DNA of 64,000 nucleotides from Bacteroidetes bacterium HGW-Bacteroidetes-17. Lineage in GTDB: Bacteria; Bacteroidota; Bacteroidia; Bacteroidales; GCA-2711565. The stretch is from positions 5,412 to 69,411 of the forward strand of contig PHDM01000001.1 in NCBI GenBank assembly GCA_002840985.1. The letters run 5' to 3'. The notes under the pieces were generated by a model, which worked only from the letters and a program-made list of their open reading frames with translations, did no database searches and had not been told where the DNA came from. A program made the translations under genes and the position numbers. Positions 55,832 through 64,000 of the stretch are shown in pieces; within the stretch, counting starts at the first letter, position 1, and the number at the start of each line of letters is the position of its first letter.

Positions 55832-56196
55832 TGGAGCTGCAGGGATTCGAACCCTGGTCCAAACAAGCAGTCAAAACGCTTTCTACATGCTTATCCTTTA
55901 GTTGATTGTCGGGAGATAACCGATGAAAGGCACACCTATTATCACCTTAGTCTTTTTATTTCGCTCGTGCACCAAGACCTTGCAAAAGCTAGCTCAACAT
56001 TTATGATGCTTCGGTCGGGACACCGTTAAGCGAGGTTTCCCGGGAAGCAGTAAGCGGCTTAATCTCTAGACTAAGCGGCTAACGCGTAATGATTGTCGCC
56101 AGTTAATGGCTGTGAGAATTAGGATTAACGAGGCATATTCACAACCCTCGGCATGCTTACATCTCCACTTCCTTGCTGTCAAAACCGGTCAGCCCC
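55832..56196 (-). ncRNA. ssrA: tmRNA (SsrA), tag reading frame GDNHYALAA-stop
   Basis: The minus strand starts GGGGCTGACCGGTTTTGACAGC and ends GGACCAGGGTTCGAATCCCTGCAGCTCCA (T-arm + acceptor with G3:U wobble; CCA not encoded). Tag ORF GGC GAC AAT CAT TAC GCG TTA GCC GCT TAG at 56100-56071. Terminator hairpin CTGAC/GTCAG at 55806-55820. Confidence 0.93.
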
Positions 56197-56559
56197 GAAA
56201 TATTGATGTTAAATGTAGAATTAATTATAGGCTAACAACCTATATCAGCTGCAAAATTACTAAAATTAATACAGCATATAAAATAATAATAGATTAAGCT
56301 TTTTATGGCGTACAGTATAATTTGAAATTTTTTAGAATCATGTAAATAAATTGCCTTCTGATATTAAGAACAAAGATTAGTTATTGAATCTGAATTACTT
56401 TATCCAGTAAATTTTTTTATCTGAAATTTAATTTTACTAAGTAGCTTATAACAGTGTGCTTATGTTAAAAAATATTTTATATTTACTCTAGGTTTCGATT
56501 AATTAAAACCCTAATTTTTTTGATCAATACATCTTAGTGTAAACCTAATTATCCTTCTA

Positions 56560-58275
56560 ATGAAAAAATCAACCCTCTTCTTATGCATTATTATTATTTC
56601 ATCATTAGTAATAAATGCTCAAAATGTTGCTCAATCAGGTAAAAAAGTTAAAGATCAAAAGGTTTCTTCTGATTATGACCGAAACTCAATGACCTTTTAT
56701 TATCTGGATTTTAATGAAACTCACAGCGATTTGGTAAAACAAAAATTTTCCTCATTTGCAGTACCCGATAAATTCTATGACAATACCTTGGATGTAAAAT
56801 TCCTTAAAATGCTAAATGACAGAGCTTCAATAACAAGCACTTCGGTATTTACGAAACAACTTAATACTTCTAGTTTGGATAATGTGTTAAGTGAAAATAA
56901 AGCCGGACAAAAATTGATTTCGAAATGGTTTAATCGCACCAATGGAATGTTTGGAGTTGACGTATTAAAAGAAAGGGGAATGTATAATGCTACCGATGCA
57001 GACTATGTAGTTGCTCAGGCATCGAAGAGGGGCAAGGCAGCGTTGATGGATATGGGCATGAATCTGGTAGATAAATCATATGTTTTGATGTTTGATTTTT
57101 CAAATGTCATGACCATGAATGAATACTATGAAAAGAATAAAACAGAAGCTAAGAACCGAACCAGTAACGGTTTTACGGCAGATGTCACGGGGTACTTATA
57201 TAAATTGGATTTTAACGATTCTGTTGCTGCAATCTTTTTTCAGGATTATTGGATTGGTGAAAATGACCCGAATCGTGAATCAAAAATGAAGGCTTTCGAG
57301 TCAACTTCTTTCCCGCTGAAGTTCGTATCCACTTTCACACAGCCACTTTCTGCATCTCAACTCAATCCCGGACAAAAGTTGGCTCCTAAAACGCAAAAAA
57401 GCAGCGATCAACTTATGCAGGATTTGGTGAATTCAGGAATGAATGGGATCATCACGAAAATAGAGAATAAATTTGATGAATTCAGGGTAAAAGCATTTGT
57501 AACAGGAGTGAGGCCCATCACCTCTAAAATTGGAAGAAAGGAAGGCTTGAAGTTTGATCAGCGATATTTTGTATACGAAAATATTCAAACCAATAGTGGC
57601 GAAACTATTACAAAAAGAAAAGGTGTTGTTAAGGCAATAAAAATTTCGGACAATAGAGATATCACCAGTGGCGAAACCCAACCCTCTCAATTCTATCAAA
57701 CTTCAGGATGGAAAATTGATAATTTCGGAATGTTCATGGAACAAAAAAATGCAGTAGGAATCAACCTCTTTTTAGGATTGACCAATACAGAATTTACCGG
57801 TTTTGCAGGTCGTGCCGAGTTTTATATATCAACACTGATTTATGAAGGAGCAGTGAAGAGGGGCAGATCAGGATTGCTAAGTTCACTTCATCTCTATATA
57901 GAGGGAGGATATGAAACGCAGGAAAACCTGAATACGGAATATGATTTCTTAAAACTTAGCGCCGGTTTTGGAAAAGAATTATATCCTATTCCAAACTTCC
58001 ATATTGCCCCATTTGTTGGATATGGTTTGGAAAAAGCTACTTGGGATAATGTAGCAGATAACAAAATATCAAGCCAGTTTGTGGAAGGTGGGTTACGTGC
58101 AGGGATAAACGCGACTTATAATATCCAGCTTGTAGGATCCGTTAATTACAAATATGTTCTTTTCTCCGAGGAACAAGATAAGGATGGAACCAAAGTTAAG
58201 GATATTACTTACGACGACACATTCCCAAATCGGGGCGGAATTGGGTATTCATTTGGAATTCGATTTATGTTTTAA
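56560..58275 (+). CDS. Secreted protein with C-terminal outer-membrane beta-barrel-like domain (hypothetical), gene 1 of a 4-gene operon
   Basis: Signal peptide MKKSTLFLCIIIISSLVINAQN. The C-terminal ~180 aa show alternating hydrophobic strands and end GIGYSFGIRFMF (terminal aromatic, OMP-like). Confidence 0.6.
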   Translation: MKKSTLFLCIIIISSLVINAQNVAQSGKKVKDQKVSSDYDRNSMTFYYLDFNETHSDLVKQKFSSFAVPDKFYDNTLDVKFLKMLNDRASITSTSVFTKQLNTSSLDNVLSENKAGQKLISKWFNRTNGMFGVDVLKERGMYNATDADYVVAQASKRGKAALMDMGMNLVDKSYVLMFDFSNVMTMNEYYEKNKTEAKNRTSNGFTADVTGYLYKLDFNDSVAAIFFQDYWIGENDPNRESKMKAFESTSFPLKFVSTFTQPLSASQLNPGQKLAPKTQKSSDQLMQDLVNSGMNGIITKIENKFDEFRVKAFVTGVRPITSKIGRKEGLKFDQRYFVYENIQTNSGETITKRKGVVKAIKISDNRDITSGETQPSQFYQTSGWKIDNFGMFMEQKNAVGINLFLGLTNTEFTGFAGRAEFYISTLIYEGAVKRGRSGLLSSLHLYIEGGYETQENLNTEYDFLKLSAGFGKELYPIPNFHIAPFVGYGLEKATWDNVADNKISSQFVEGGLRAGINATYNIQLVGSVNYKYVLFSEEQDKDGTKVKDITYDDTFPNRGGIGYSFGIRFMF

Positions 58276-58292
58276 TATAAAACCAAAGAATT

Positions 58293-58805
58293 ATGAACCA
58301 GAAAATGATTAATCTAAGTATTGTTTTTGTTTTTATATTTTCATTGAGCATGAGTGCTCAAACAAAAAAACAAAAAAAAATGGCAGGTTATTTAATAACC
58401 AACTATGAAGTGGAATGTATGGGTACAGGAATGGATGGCACCCAATTGGTAAAAATTTGGGGTTTTGGAAATAAACCTGAAAAAGCAGTTTATCAAGCTA
58501 AGAAAAATGCAGTTCATGCAATCATGTTTAAAGGAATATTGGGCGGTAAGCCCGGATGCATGCAACGACCTTTAATTAACGATCCGGCTGCAACCGAAAA
58601 ACATAGCGATTATTTTGATCTCTTCTTTGAAGATGGCGGAAGATATTTGCAATTTGTTTCGGAAACCGGTGATGGAACCATGGACAGAATTAAAGTTTCC
58701 AAAAAGGAATACAAAGTAGGAATTGTAGTATCTATAAGGCATTCAGCATTAAGAACGGAGTTAGAAACTGCCGGAATTATTAATAAATTAGGAAACGGAT
58801 TTTAA
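58293..58805 (+). CDS. Secreted hypothetical protein (possibly LPP20-like fold), gene 2
   Basis: Signal peptide ..IFSLSMSAQT. 170 aa. 17-nt gap to gene 1. The fold guess rests only on the pattern EKAVYQAKKNAVHAIMFKGI. Confidence 0.55.
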   Translation: MNQKMINLSIVFVFIFSLSMSAQTKKQKKMAGYLITNYEVECMGTGMDGTQLVKIWGFGNKPEKAVYQAKKNAVHAIMFKGILGGKPGCMQRPLINDPAATEKHSDYFDLFFEDGGRYLQFVSETGDGTMDRIKVSKKEYKVGIVVSIRHSALRTELETAGIINKLGNGF

Positions 58806-58817
58806 AACTTAAAACGT

Positions 58818-59774
58818 ATGAAAAGGATATTCTTTTTACTATTTTCAGTTATAATCACCATAAGCGTCTTTTCTCAGGCTAAAAAACCTACGATCATGAT
58901 TGTTCCCAGTGACAACTGGTGTATCAAAAATGGCTATTCAATGACACGCGACATCATGGGAAGTGCGCGTACTTTTCCGGATTATCGGATGGCCCTCCAA
59001 CAAGAAACGGATCTGCTTCTGGTTATCGGAAAGATCAACACATTGATGGCTGATCGTAGTTTCCCTTTGAAAAACTTGGAAAGTGTTATGAACACCATTG
59101 AAACCCAAGGTGCTGAGCTTAGTATGCTGACAAGCAATTCGGGAAGTGATATTGCCGAAACTCCTATTGATGTATTAAAAAGGACAGCAAATGCCGATAT
59201 CATCATTCAATTGAACTATGTAATAAATCAAAGCGGTCCGAAACGATCCATCACCTTCATGCTTCAAGGGATCGATGCTTATACCAATAAGCAAATTGCA
59301 GGAGCTCAGGGTACCGGTGAACCTTCTTTTGCGAGTGAAACAGCTATTTTACTTGAAGAAGCCGTACTTGCCCACCTGGATAATTTTAATGCAAGATTAC
59401 AGGATCACTTTAATGATTTACTGACCAATGGACGTGAAATTGTTTTTCAGGCAAGGGTTTGGGATAGTTCCCCATTTAATTTAGAAGAGGAATTTGATTG
59501 GAACGGAGAAATATTGGAATTGGGTGAGATCATTGAAGATTGGGTATCAGTCAATACCGTTGAAGGCAGGTTCAATACCTCAAATTATACCGAAAATCAA
59601 ATTTTATTCGAACAAGTTAGGATCGCCTTATATGATGATCGTGGCCGTGCACAGGATACCAGAAGATGGATCAGAGATTTGAGAACTCTTATTGGCAATC
59701 CTCCATTTTCATCCCCCGCCAAGATTTATACCCGTGGTTTGGGTGAAATTTGGCTGATTATCGGTGAAAAATAA
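58818..59774 (+). CDS. Secreted hypothetical protein, gene 3
   Basis: Signal peptide MKRIFFLLFSVIITISVFSQA, then KKPTIMIVPSDNW. 318 aa. 12-nt gap to gene 2. Confidence 0.55.
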   Translation: MKRIFFLLFSVIITISVFSQAKKPTIMIVPSDNWCIKNGYSMTRDIMGSARTFPDYRMALQQETDLLLVIGKINTLMADRSFPLKNLESVMNTIETQGAELSMLTSNSGSDIAETPIDVLKRTANADIIIQLNYVINQSGPKRSITFMLQGIDAYTNKQIAGAQGTGEPSFASETAILLEEAVLAHLDNFNARLQDHFNDLLTNGREIVFQARVWDSSPFNLEEEFDWNGEILELGEIIEDWVSVNTVEGRFNTSNYTENQILFEQVRIALYDDRGRAQDTRRWIRDLRTLIGNPPFSSPAKIYTRGLGEIWLIIGEK

Positions 59775-59801
59775 CATTTTTAATCATTTAAACTTTTAAA
59801 G

Positions 59802-60761
59802 ATGAAAAAGATACTTGTTTTATTGATGTTGCTGCCACTAATTGCTTTTTCGCAAAATAATTATGGTTCGGCCAACGATCAGGATCGGATTGCATTGACG
59901 GTAATTATTCCTCCAGGAGTTGATGGAATTCCGGAACATGCCAGAAGTTTACTGCAAAATAAACTTGATCAGGTTGCCTCGCAAAATGGTTTGGGTGGAA
60001 TTTCTGGAAGTCCACGATTTGCACTGACGGCAAAAATGTCGGTGATGACAAAAGATATCACCCCAACCCAACCCCCAATGGAAGCCTATACTTATGGTAT
60101 CTATTTGTATATTGTTGATATTGTGGAACAAACAATTGTTTCGTCCACTTCAATTACAACGAAAGGGGCAGGTACCAATGCGAACAAAGCCTATACCAAC
60201 GGGCTTAAACCTATCAATTTGAATAATACAGAGATTAAAAATTTTATGCAGGATGGTAAACGTAAAATCATCGAGTATTATAATTCAAAATGTGATTTTA
60301 TTATTTCCAGAGCGAAATCATTGGCTTCTCAAAATCAATTCGGACAATCACTTGCTTTATTATCCTCTGTTCCGGATGTTTGCAAGGATTGTTTTATGAA
60401 GTGTATGGATGAAATAGGCCCCATCTATCAGGATTATATCAACCACGACTGTGAAGCTTATGTAAACATTGCTTCAGGGTTATTTGCCGCGAATCCAAAT
60501 ACTACCGGTGCTGTTGATGCAACTGCTGTACTTTCATTGATCGATCCTGATTCTGATTGTTTCAAAAAATCGGGTACGCTCATCTCGAAAATTGAAAAGA
60601 AAATGAGAGAAGACGAAAAGCGTGATTGGAAATTTATGGAAAGGGTTTGGGGCGATAATGTGAAACTTGAAGCAATGAGAATTAAAGCTTATCGGGATGT
60701 TGGGGTTGCATTTGGTCAAGGCCAGCAACCTACCTATCAAAGTGTTTTATGGGTATTTTAA
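59802..60761 (+). CDS. Secreted Cys-rich hypothetical protein, gene 4
   Basis: Signal peptide MKKILVLLMLLPLIAFSQ. The helical C-terminal half carries 7 Cys (CDF, VCKDCFMKC, HDCEAY, SDCFKK). 27-nt gap to gene 3. Terminator follows. Confidence 0.55.
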   Translation: MKKILVLLMLLPLIAFSQNNYGSANDQDRIALTVIIPPGVDGIPEHARSLLQNKLDQVASQNGLGGISGSPRFALTAKMSVMTKDITPTQPPMEAYTYGIYLYIVDIVEQTIVSSTSITTKGAGTNANKAYTNGLKPINLNNTEIKNFMQDGKRKIIEYYNSKCDFIISRAKSLASQNQFGQSLALLSSVPDVCKDCFMKCMDEIGPIYQDYINHDCEAYVNIASGLFAANPNTTGAVDATAVLSLIDPDSDCFKKSGTLISKIEKKMREDEKRDWKFMERVWGDNVKLEAMRIKAYRDVGVAFGQGQQPTYQSVLWVF

Positions 60762-60766
60762 TTTGC

Positions 60767-60800
60767 AAAAAAACCGGAGATTTTTTCTCCGGTTTTTTTT
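60767..60800. terminator. Bidirectional rho-independent terminator
   Basis: AAAAAAA-CCGGAGA (60774-60780) ttttt TCTCCGG (60786-60792) -TTTTTTTT. Lies between convergent genes 59802-60761(+) and 60811-61980(-). Confidence 0.9.
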
Positions 60801-60810
60801 GTTCCGGAAT

Positions 60811-61980
60811 CTATCTTTTATGGGTTAATGGATGGGCAAAACGGATAACATCTTCAGGAGTGATTACCTTATCGCATAAAATAGCCAATCGTTCTAAAAC
60901 ATTTCTAAATTCACGAATATTACCGGTCCATTCAATCTTTTGGAGTTCGGCAATGGCTTCATCACTAATCTGCATGATTGCTTTTCCTGCCTGCGAGCTG
61001 ATGTCTTCAAGAAAATGATTTGCCAATATTGGGATGTCTTCAGTACGTTCTCTTAATGGCGGAACCTGAATTAAAATAACACTTATGCGGTGATAAAGAT
61101 CTTCACGAAATCTTTTATTTTCAATTTCTTCGTTTAAATCCTTATTTGTTGCAGCAATAACCCGCACATCAACTGTTATGTCTTTTTCTCCACCAACCCG
61201 CATAATTTTATTCTCCTGCAAAGCCCTTAATACTTTTGCCTGGGCAGAGAGACTCATATCGCCAATTTCATCTAAAAATAGGGTGCCTCCGTGAGCCAAT
61301 TCAAAATTTCCCTTTCGTTGTTTGATGGCCGACGTGAAAGATCCTTTTTCGTGACCGAATAGGTTACTTTCAATTAGTTCACTAGGGATAGCCGCGCAAT
61401 TTACTTCTACAAAAGGTGATTTTGCTCTTTTGCTTTGTTCGTGAAGTGCGCGTGCCACCAATTCTTTTCCTGTCCCATTTTCACCGGTAATTAAAACACG
61501 GGCATTCGTGGGTGCCACCTTTTCAATCATCTCCTTAACCTGCAAGAGCGCCTCAGATTCTCCGATCATATCCCATTTCTTCCCAACTTGCTTCTTCAGT
61601 ACTTTTGTTTCGGTAATGAGCTTGGATTTGTCCATGGCATTGCGAATGGTTACCAGTAACCGATTCAAATCAGGAGGTTTTGAAATATAGTCGTATGCGC
61701 CTTTTTTAATGGCTTCAACAGCGGTATCAATGGTGCCGTGACCGGAGATCATTATGATAGGAGTATCCGTTAATTCGAGTGTTTTGGTTAAAACTTCCAT
61801 GCCATCCATGCGAGGCATTTTGATGTCACAAAGAATAACATCATATTCATTTTGACTTATTTTTTCAAATCCAATTACACCGTCTTCAGCCTCATCAATG
61901 AGGTATTTTTCGCTTTCCAGTATATCCCGTAAAGTGTTTCTGATGCTGCGTTCGTCGTCGATGATGAGTATTCTGGCCAT
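60811..61980 (-). CDS. Sigma-54-dependent response regulator (REC + AAA+), apparently lacking the C-terminal HTH
   Basis: MARILIIDDE, CDIKMPRMDG, ITGENGTGKELVARALH (Walker A), EKGSFTSA (GAFTGA variant), LFLDEIGDM, GNIREFRNVLERL. Only about 25 aa follow the AAA+ domain. Confidence 0.85.
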   Translation of the reverse strand: MARILIIDDERSIRNTLRDILESEKYLIDEAEDGVIGFEKISQNEYDVILCDIKMPRMDGMEVLTKTLELTDTPIIMISGHGTIDTAVEAIKKGAYDYISKPPDLNRLLVTIRNAMDKSKLITETKVLKKQVGKKWDMIGESEALLQVKEMIEKVAPTNARVLITGENGTGKELVARALHEQSKRAKSPFVEVNCAAIPSELIESNLFGHEKGSFTSAIKQRKGNFELAHGGTLFLDEIGDMSLSAQAKVLRALQENKIMRVGGEKDITVDVRVIAATNKDLNEEIENKRFREDLYHRISVILIQVPPLRERTEDIPILANHFLEDISSQAGKAIMQISDEAIAELQKIEWTGNIREFRNVLERLAILCDKVITPEDVIRFAHPLTHKR

Positions 61981-62011
61981 GATAAATTTTAAATGTATTC
62001 AAAGATAAGCA

Positions 62012-62461
62012 TTAATCAGCAGTAGGTTTATTATAAGTTAATTTCAGTTTTTTAGCCTTATAATAAATTACTGCGTTGTATTTACTCAATAAATCTCCCC
62101 CAATAACTCCATGTATTTTGGGAAGTTTAAGTTTTGAGTATGAGTCATTGATGTTAGTAAGATCAAGGATTACAGCCATGTAATTTTTGATATTTAAGTC
62201 GCCAATTTTTAATGATTTTAAGCTAAATGCTAAACTTTTCATGGTATTGGTCCCCAATCCGGTTGATAATTTCTCATTAGTTTCAAAATCATCATATTCA
62301 TCCGGCAGATAGTTTTTTATCAGGGTTTCGTCAAAAACTGTTCGCGATGCGCCTGTATCGATAATGAGATTGGCTTTTTTGCCATTAATTTTTACTCTGA
62401 TCAACAGATGAAACCCATCATCTTCAATTGGTAATATTTCAATTGGTATGTTTGTTTGCAT
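62012..62461 (-). CDS. Retropepsin-like (clan AA) aspartic protease
   Basis: LIIDTGASRTVF (DTG active-site loop) and GVIGGDLL. 149 aa. Confidence 0.75.
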   Translation of the reverse strand: MQTNIPIEILPIEDDGFHLLIRVKINGKKANLIIDTGASRTVFDETLIKNYLPDEYDDFETNEKLSTGLGTNTMKSLAFSLKSLKIGDLNIKNYMAVILDLTNINDSYSKLKLPKIHGVIGGDLLSKYNAVIYYKAKKLKLTYNKPTAD

Positions 62462-62478
62462 TTAAAAAAGTTCAGTTT

Positions 62479-63189
62479 CTAGAAGTTTGGATGTAGTGCA
62501 TATTTTAGATAAAACTTATCAATGCAATTAACCGCCTCCTCGGCAGAATCAACAAGCTGGAAGATATCCATATCTTGTTCCTTGATATTGCCTTCACTAA
62601 TAAGTTTATCTTTTATCCAATCAATTAATCCACCCCAATAATCTTTTGAAATGAGAATGATTGGAAAATTTACTAATTTTTGGGTTTGAATAAGGGTGAT
62701 GGCTTCAAACATCTCATCCAAGGTCCCAAACCCGCCTGGTAAAACAATATAACCCTGCGAATATTTCATGAAAATCACTTTTCGAACGAAAAAATGATCA
62801 AATTCAAGGAGCTTGTCGTGATCGATGTAAAGGTTTGGGGTTTGTTCAAAAGGCAAACGGATATTGAGTCCGACTGATTTACCACCTGCAGTGTGTGCTC
62901 CCTTATTAGCGGCTTCCATAATACCGTGGCCCCCTCCGGTAATTACACCGAATCCTCTTTTTATCAACAATTCGGCAACTTCAACAGCAATTTGATAGTA
63001 AGGATGATCATCTTTTGTACGGGCCGAACCAAACACCGATACGCAAGGACCGATGCGGGCCATCTTTTCAAAACCACCCACAAATTCGGACATTACTTTG
63101 AAAATTTGCCAGGAATCGTAGGTTTTTATTTCGTTCCAGCTTTTTGATTTTAGCGCCTTACGGATTTTAACTTCATCTTTTTTATTCAT
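62479..63189 (-). CDS. LOG family / TIGR00730 Rossmann-fold nucleotide-binding protein (cytokinin-riboside-5'-monophosphate phosphoribohydrolase-like)
   Basis: GVITGGGHGIMEAANKGA and LPGGFGTLDEMFE signatures. Confidence 0.85.
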   Translation of the reverse strand: MNKKDEVKIRKALKSKSWNEIKTYDSWQIFKVMSEFVGGFEKMARIGPCVSVFGSARTKDDHPYYQIAVEVAELLIKRGFGVITGGGHGIMEAANKGAHTAGGKSVGLNIRLPFEQTPNLYIDHDKLLEFDHFFVRKVIFMKYSQGYIVLPGGFGTLDEMFEAITLIQTQKLVNFPIILISKDYWGGLIDWIKDKLISEGNIKEQDMDIFQLVDSAEEAVNCIDKFYLKYALHPNF

Positions 63190-64000
63190 CTGTTTTTGCT
63201 ATTGGAAGTGTAAAAGTAAAGATACTTCCTTTTCCTTCCTCACTTTCAACAAAAATTTCTCCTCCGTTAAGCTTGATGAATTCATTGCATAAAATTAATC
63301 CGAGACCCGTACCCGTTTCATTGGCTGTGCCCTTGATTTTAAAATCAGAATCGATTTTGAATAGTTTCTTTTGATTTTCACTGTTTATTCCAATTCCATT
63401 ATCGCTCACACTTACAACAAGATAATCATCCTTTCTTTTTGCGGAAACCTCGATTTTTCCATTAGGCATGGTGAACTTTATAGCATTATTGATCAAATTT
63501 CGAATGATCGTTATTAGCATATCTTTATCTGCATATGTAGTAATCCCTTCCTCAATGGCATATTTTATTTCCATATTTTTTGGCTCGGCCATTTCATCGA
63601 AATATTCAGCCTTGGAATTTATGATTTCAGATAGAATTAAGTTTTGAGGATTCACCGTTAAACTTCCTGATTGGGAACGTGCCCATGTTAGTAGGTTTTC
63701 GAGCAACTCGTAACTGAACTCTGAGGTGTTATAAATGGATTTAATGATTTTATCATACTTTTCAGCATCTTCTTTAATACCGGGTTCACTGATCAAAAGT
63801 TCGGCATATCCAATTAATACATTAAATGGATTCCTAAGATCATGGGCAATAATAGAAAAGAATTTATCCTTTGTTGCATTTAGCGCTTCGAGCTCTTTTT
63901 CATTTTCTTCCAATTTATTGATGGATATCTTTAGTTCTTCCGATTGTTGCTCAATAATTTCATTTTGATTTTTAAGATATTTATTTGTTTTTGATTTATT
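63182..64000 (-). CDS. Histidine kinase (HisKA + HATPase_c), N-terminus beyond the window end
   Basis: H-box FFSIIAHDLRNP. NLINNAIKF, DNGIGI, GTGLGLILC. The frame stays open from 63913 to base 64000 (..NKYLKNQNEIIEQQSEELKISINKL..), so the listed start is not the real one. 8-nt overlap with the LOG gene. Confidence 0.8.
   Translation of the reverse strand, partial: NKSKTNKYLKNQNEIIEQQSEELKISINKLEENEKELEALNATKDKFFSIIAHDLRNPFNVLIGYAELLISEPGIKEDAEKYDKIIKSIYNTSEFSYELLENLLTWARSQSGSLTVNPQNLILSEIINSKAEYFDEMAEPKNMEIKYAIEEGITTYADKDMLITIIRNLINNAIKFTMPNGKIEVSAKRKDDYLVVSVSDNGIGINSENQKKLFKIDSDFKIKGTANETGTGLGLILCNEFIKLNGGEIFVESEEGKGSIFTFTLPIAKTDE

Noticed and set aside
55826-56297. ORFs 55826-56029(+) and 56106-56297(+)
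   Set aside because: They lie antisense or overlapping within the tmRNA gene and its promoter, so they are artefacts of an RNA gene.

Overview
All calls come from reading the sequence and the ORF translations by eye. No searches, folding or statistics were run, and family names are recollection-based motif matches.

The window looks like a chromosomal segment of a low-GC Bacteroidota genome. Supporting signs are a tmRNA with a ...YALAA tag, a TAnnTTTG-type promoter box, a TonB-dependent receptor with a carboxypeptidase-regulatory N-domain, and many SPI/SPII signal peptides ending in ..AQ/..SQ.

It holds about 50 credible protein genes, one tmRNA gene (ssrA, 55832-56196, minus strand), several clear rho-independent terminators, and at least five families of intergenic repeats. 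I saw no CRISPR array, rRNA, tRNA, transposase or integrase.

The gene content is dominated by envelope and secreted functions:
- **Peptidases:** S41/tricorn-like, two M28, M56 BlaR-like, S9, S45 penicillin-acylase-like, two M14, and a retropepsin-like protein.
- **Glycosidases and related enzymes:** GH29 fucosidase, an alpha-galactosidase-like enzyme, and a 5'-nucleotidase.
- **Transport and housekeeping:** MscL, PiT, an acyl-CoA dehydrogenase, and a LOG-family protein.
- **Regulators:** BlaI/BlaR-TonB, an OmpR-type two-component system, and a sigma54 activator lacking a DNA-binding domain.

Candidates for something new, in my order of interest:
1. A radical SAM/SPASM enzyme translationally coupled to three tandem paralogous single-Cys lipoproteins (44706-47305).
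2. A four-gene operon of unrecognisable signal-peptide proteins that starts with a putative outer-membrane beta-barrel (56560-60761), next to ssrA.
3. An AT-rich, cassette-like accessory segment (35957-40592). It carries a MazF/RHH pair, a TlpA-like oxidoreductase, an orphan lipoprotein and an LRR-Roc-COR GTPase. Each unit is followed by a related repeat whose flanks look like hybrid recombination sites.
4. A dense GACTTCTC/GAGAAGTC hairpin-iteron array around a 15-bp GC hairpin (40763-41040). One related copy sits beside a degenerate duplication of the tmRNA 3' end.
5. CTTAA direct repeats phased at 11 bp upstream of both the two-component operon and a signal-peptide rubrerythrin gene.
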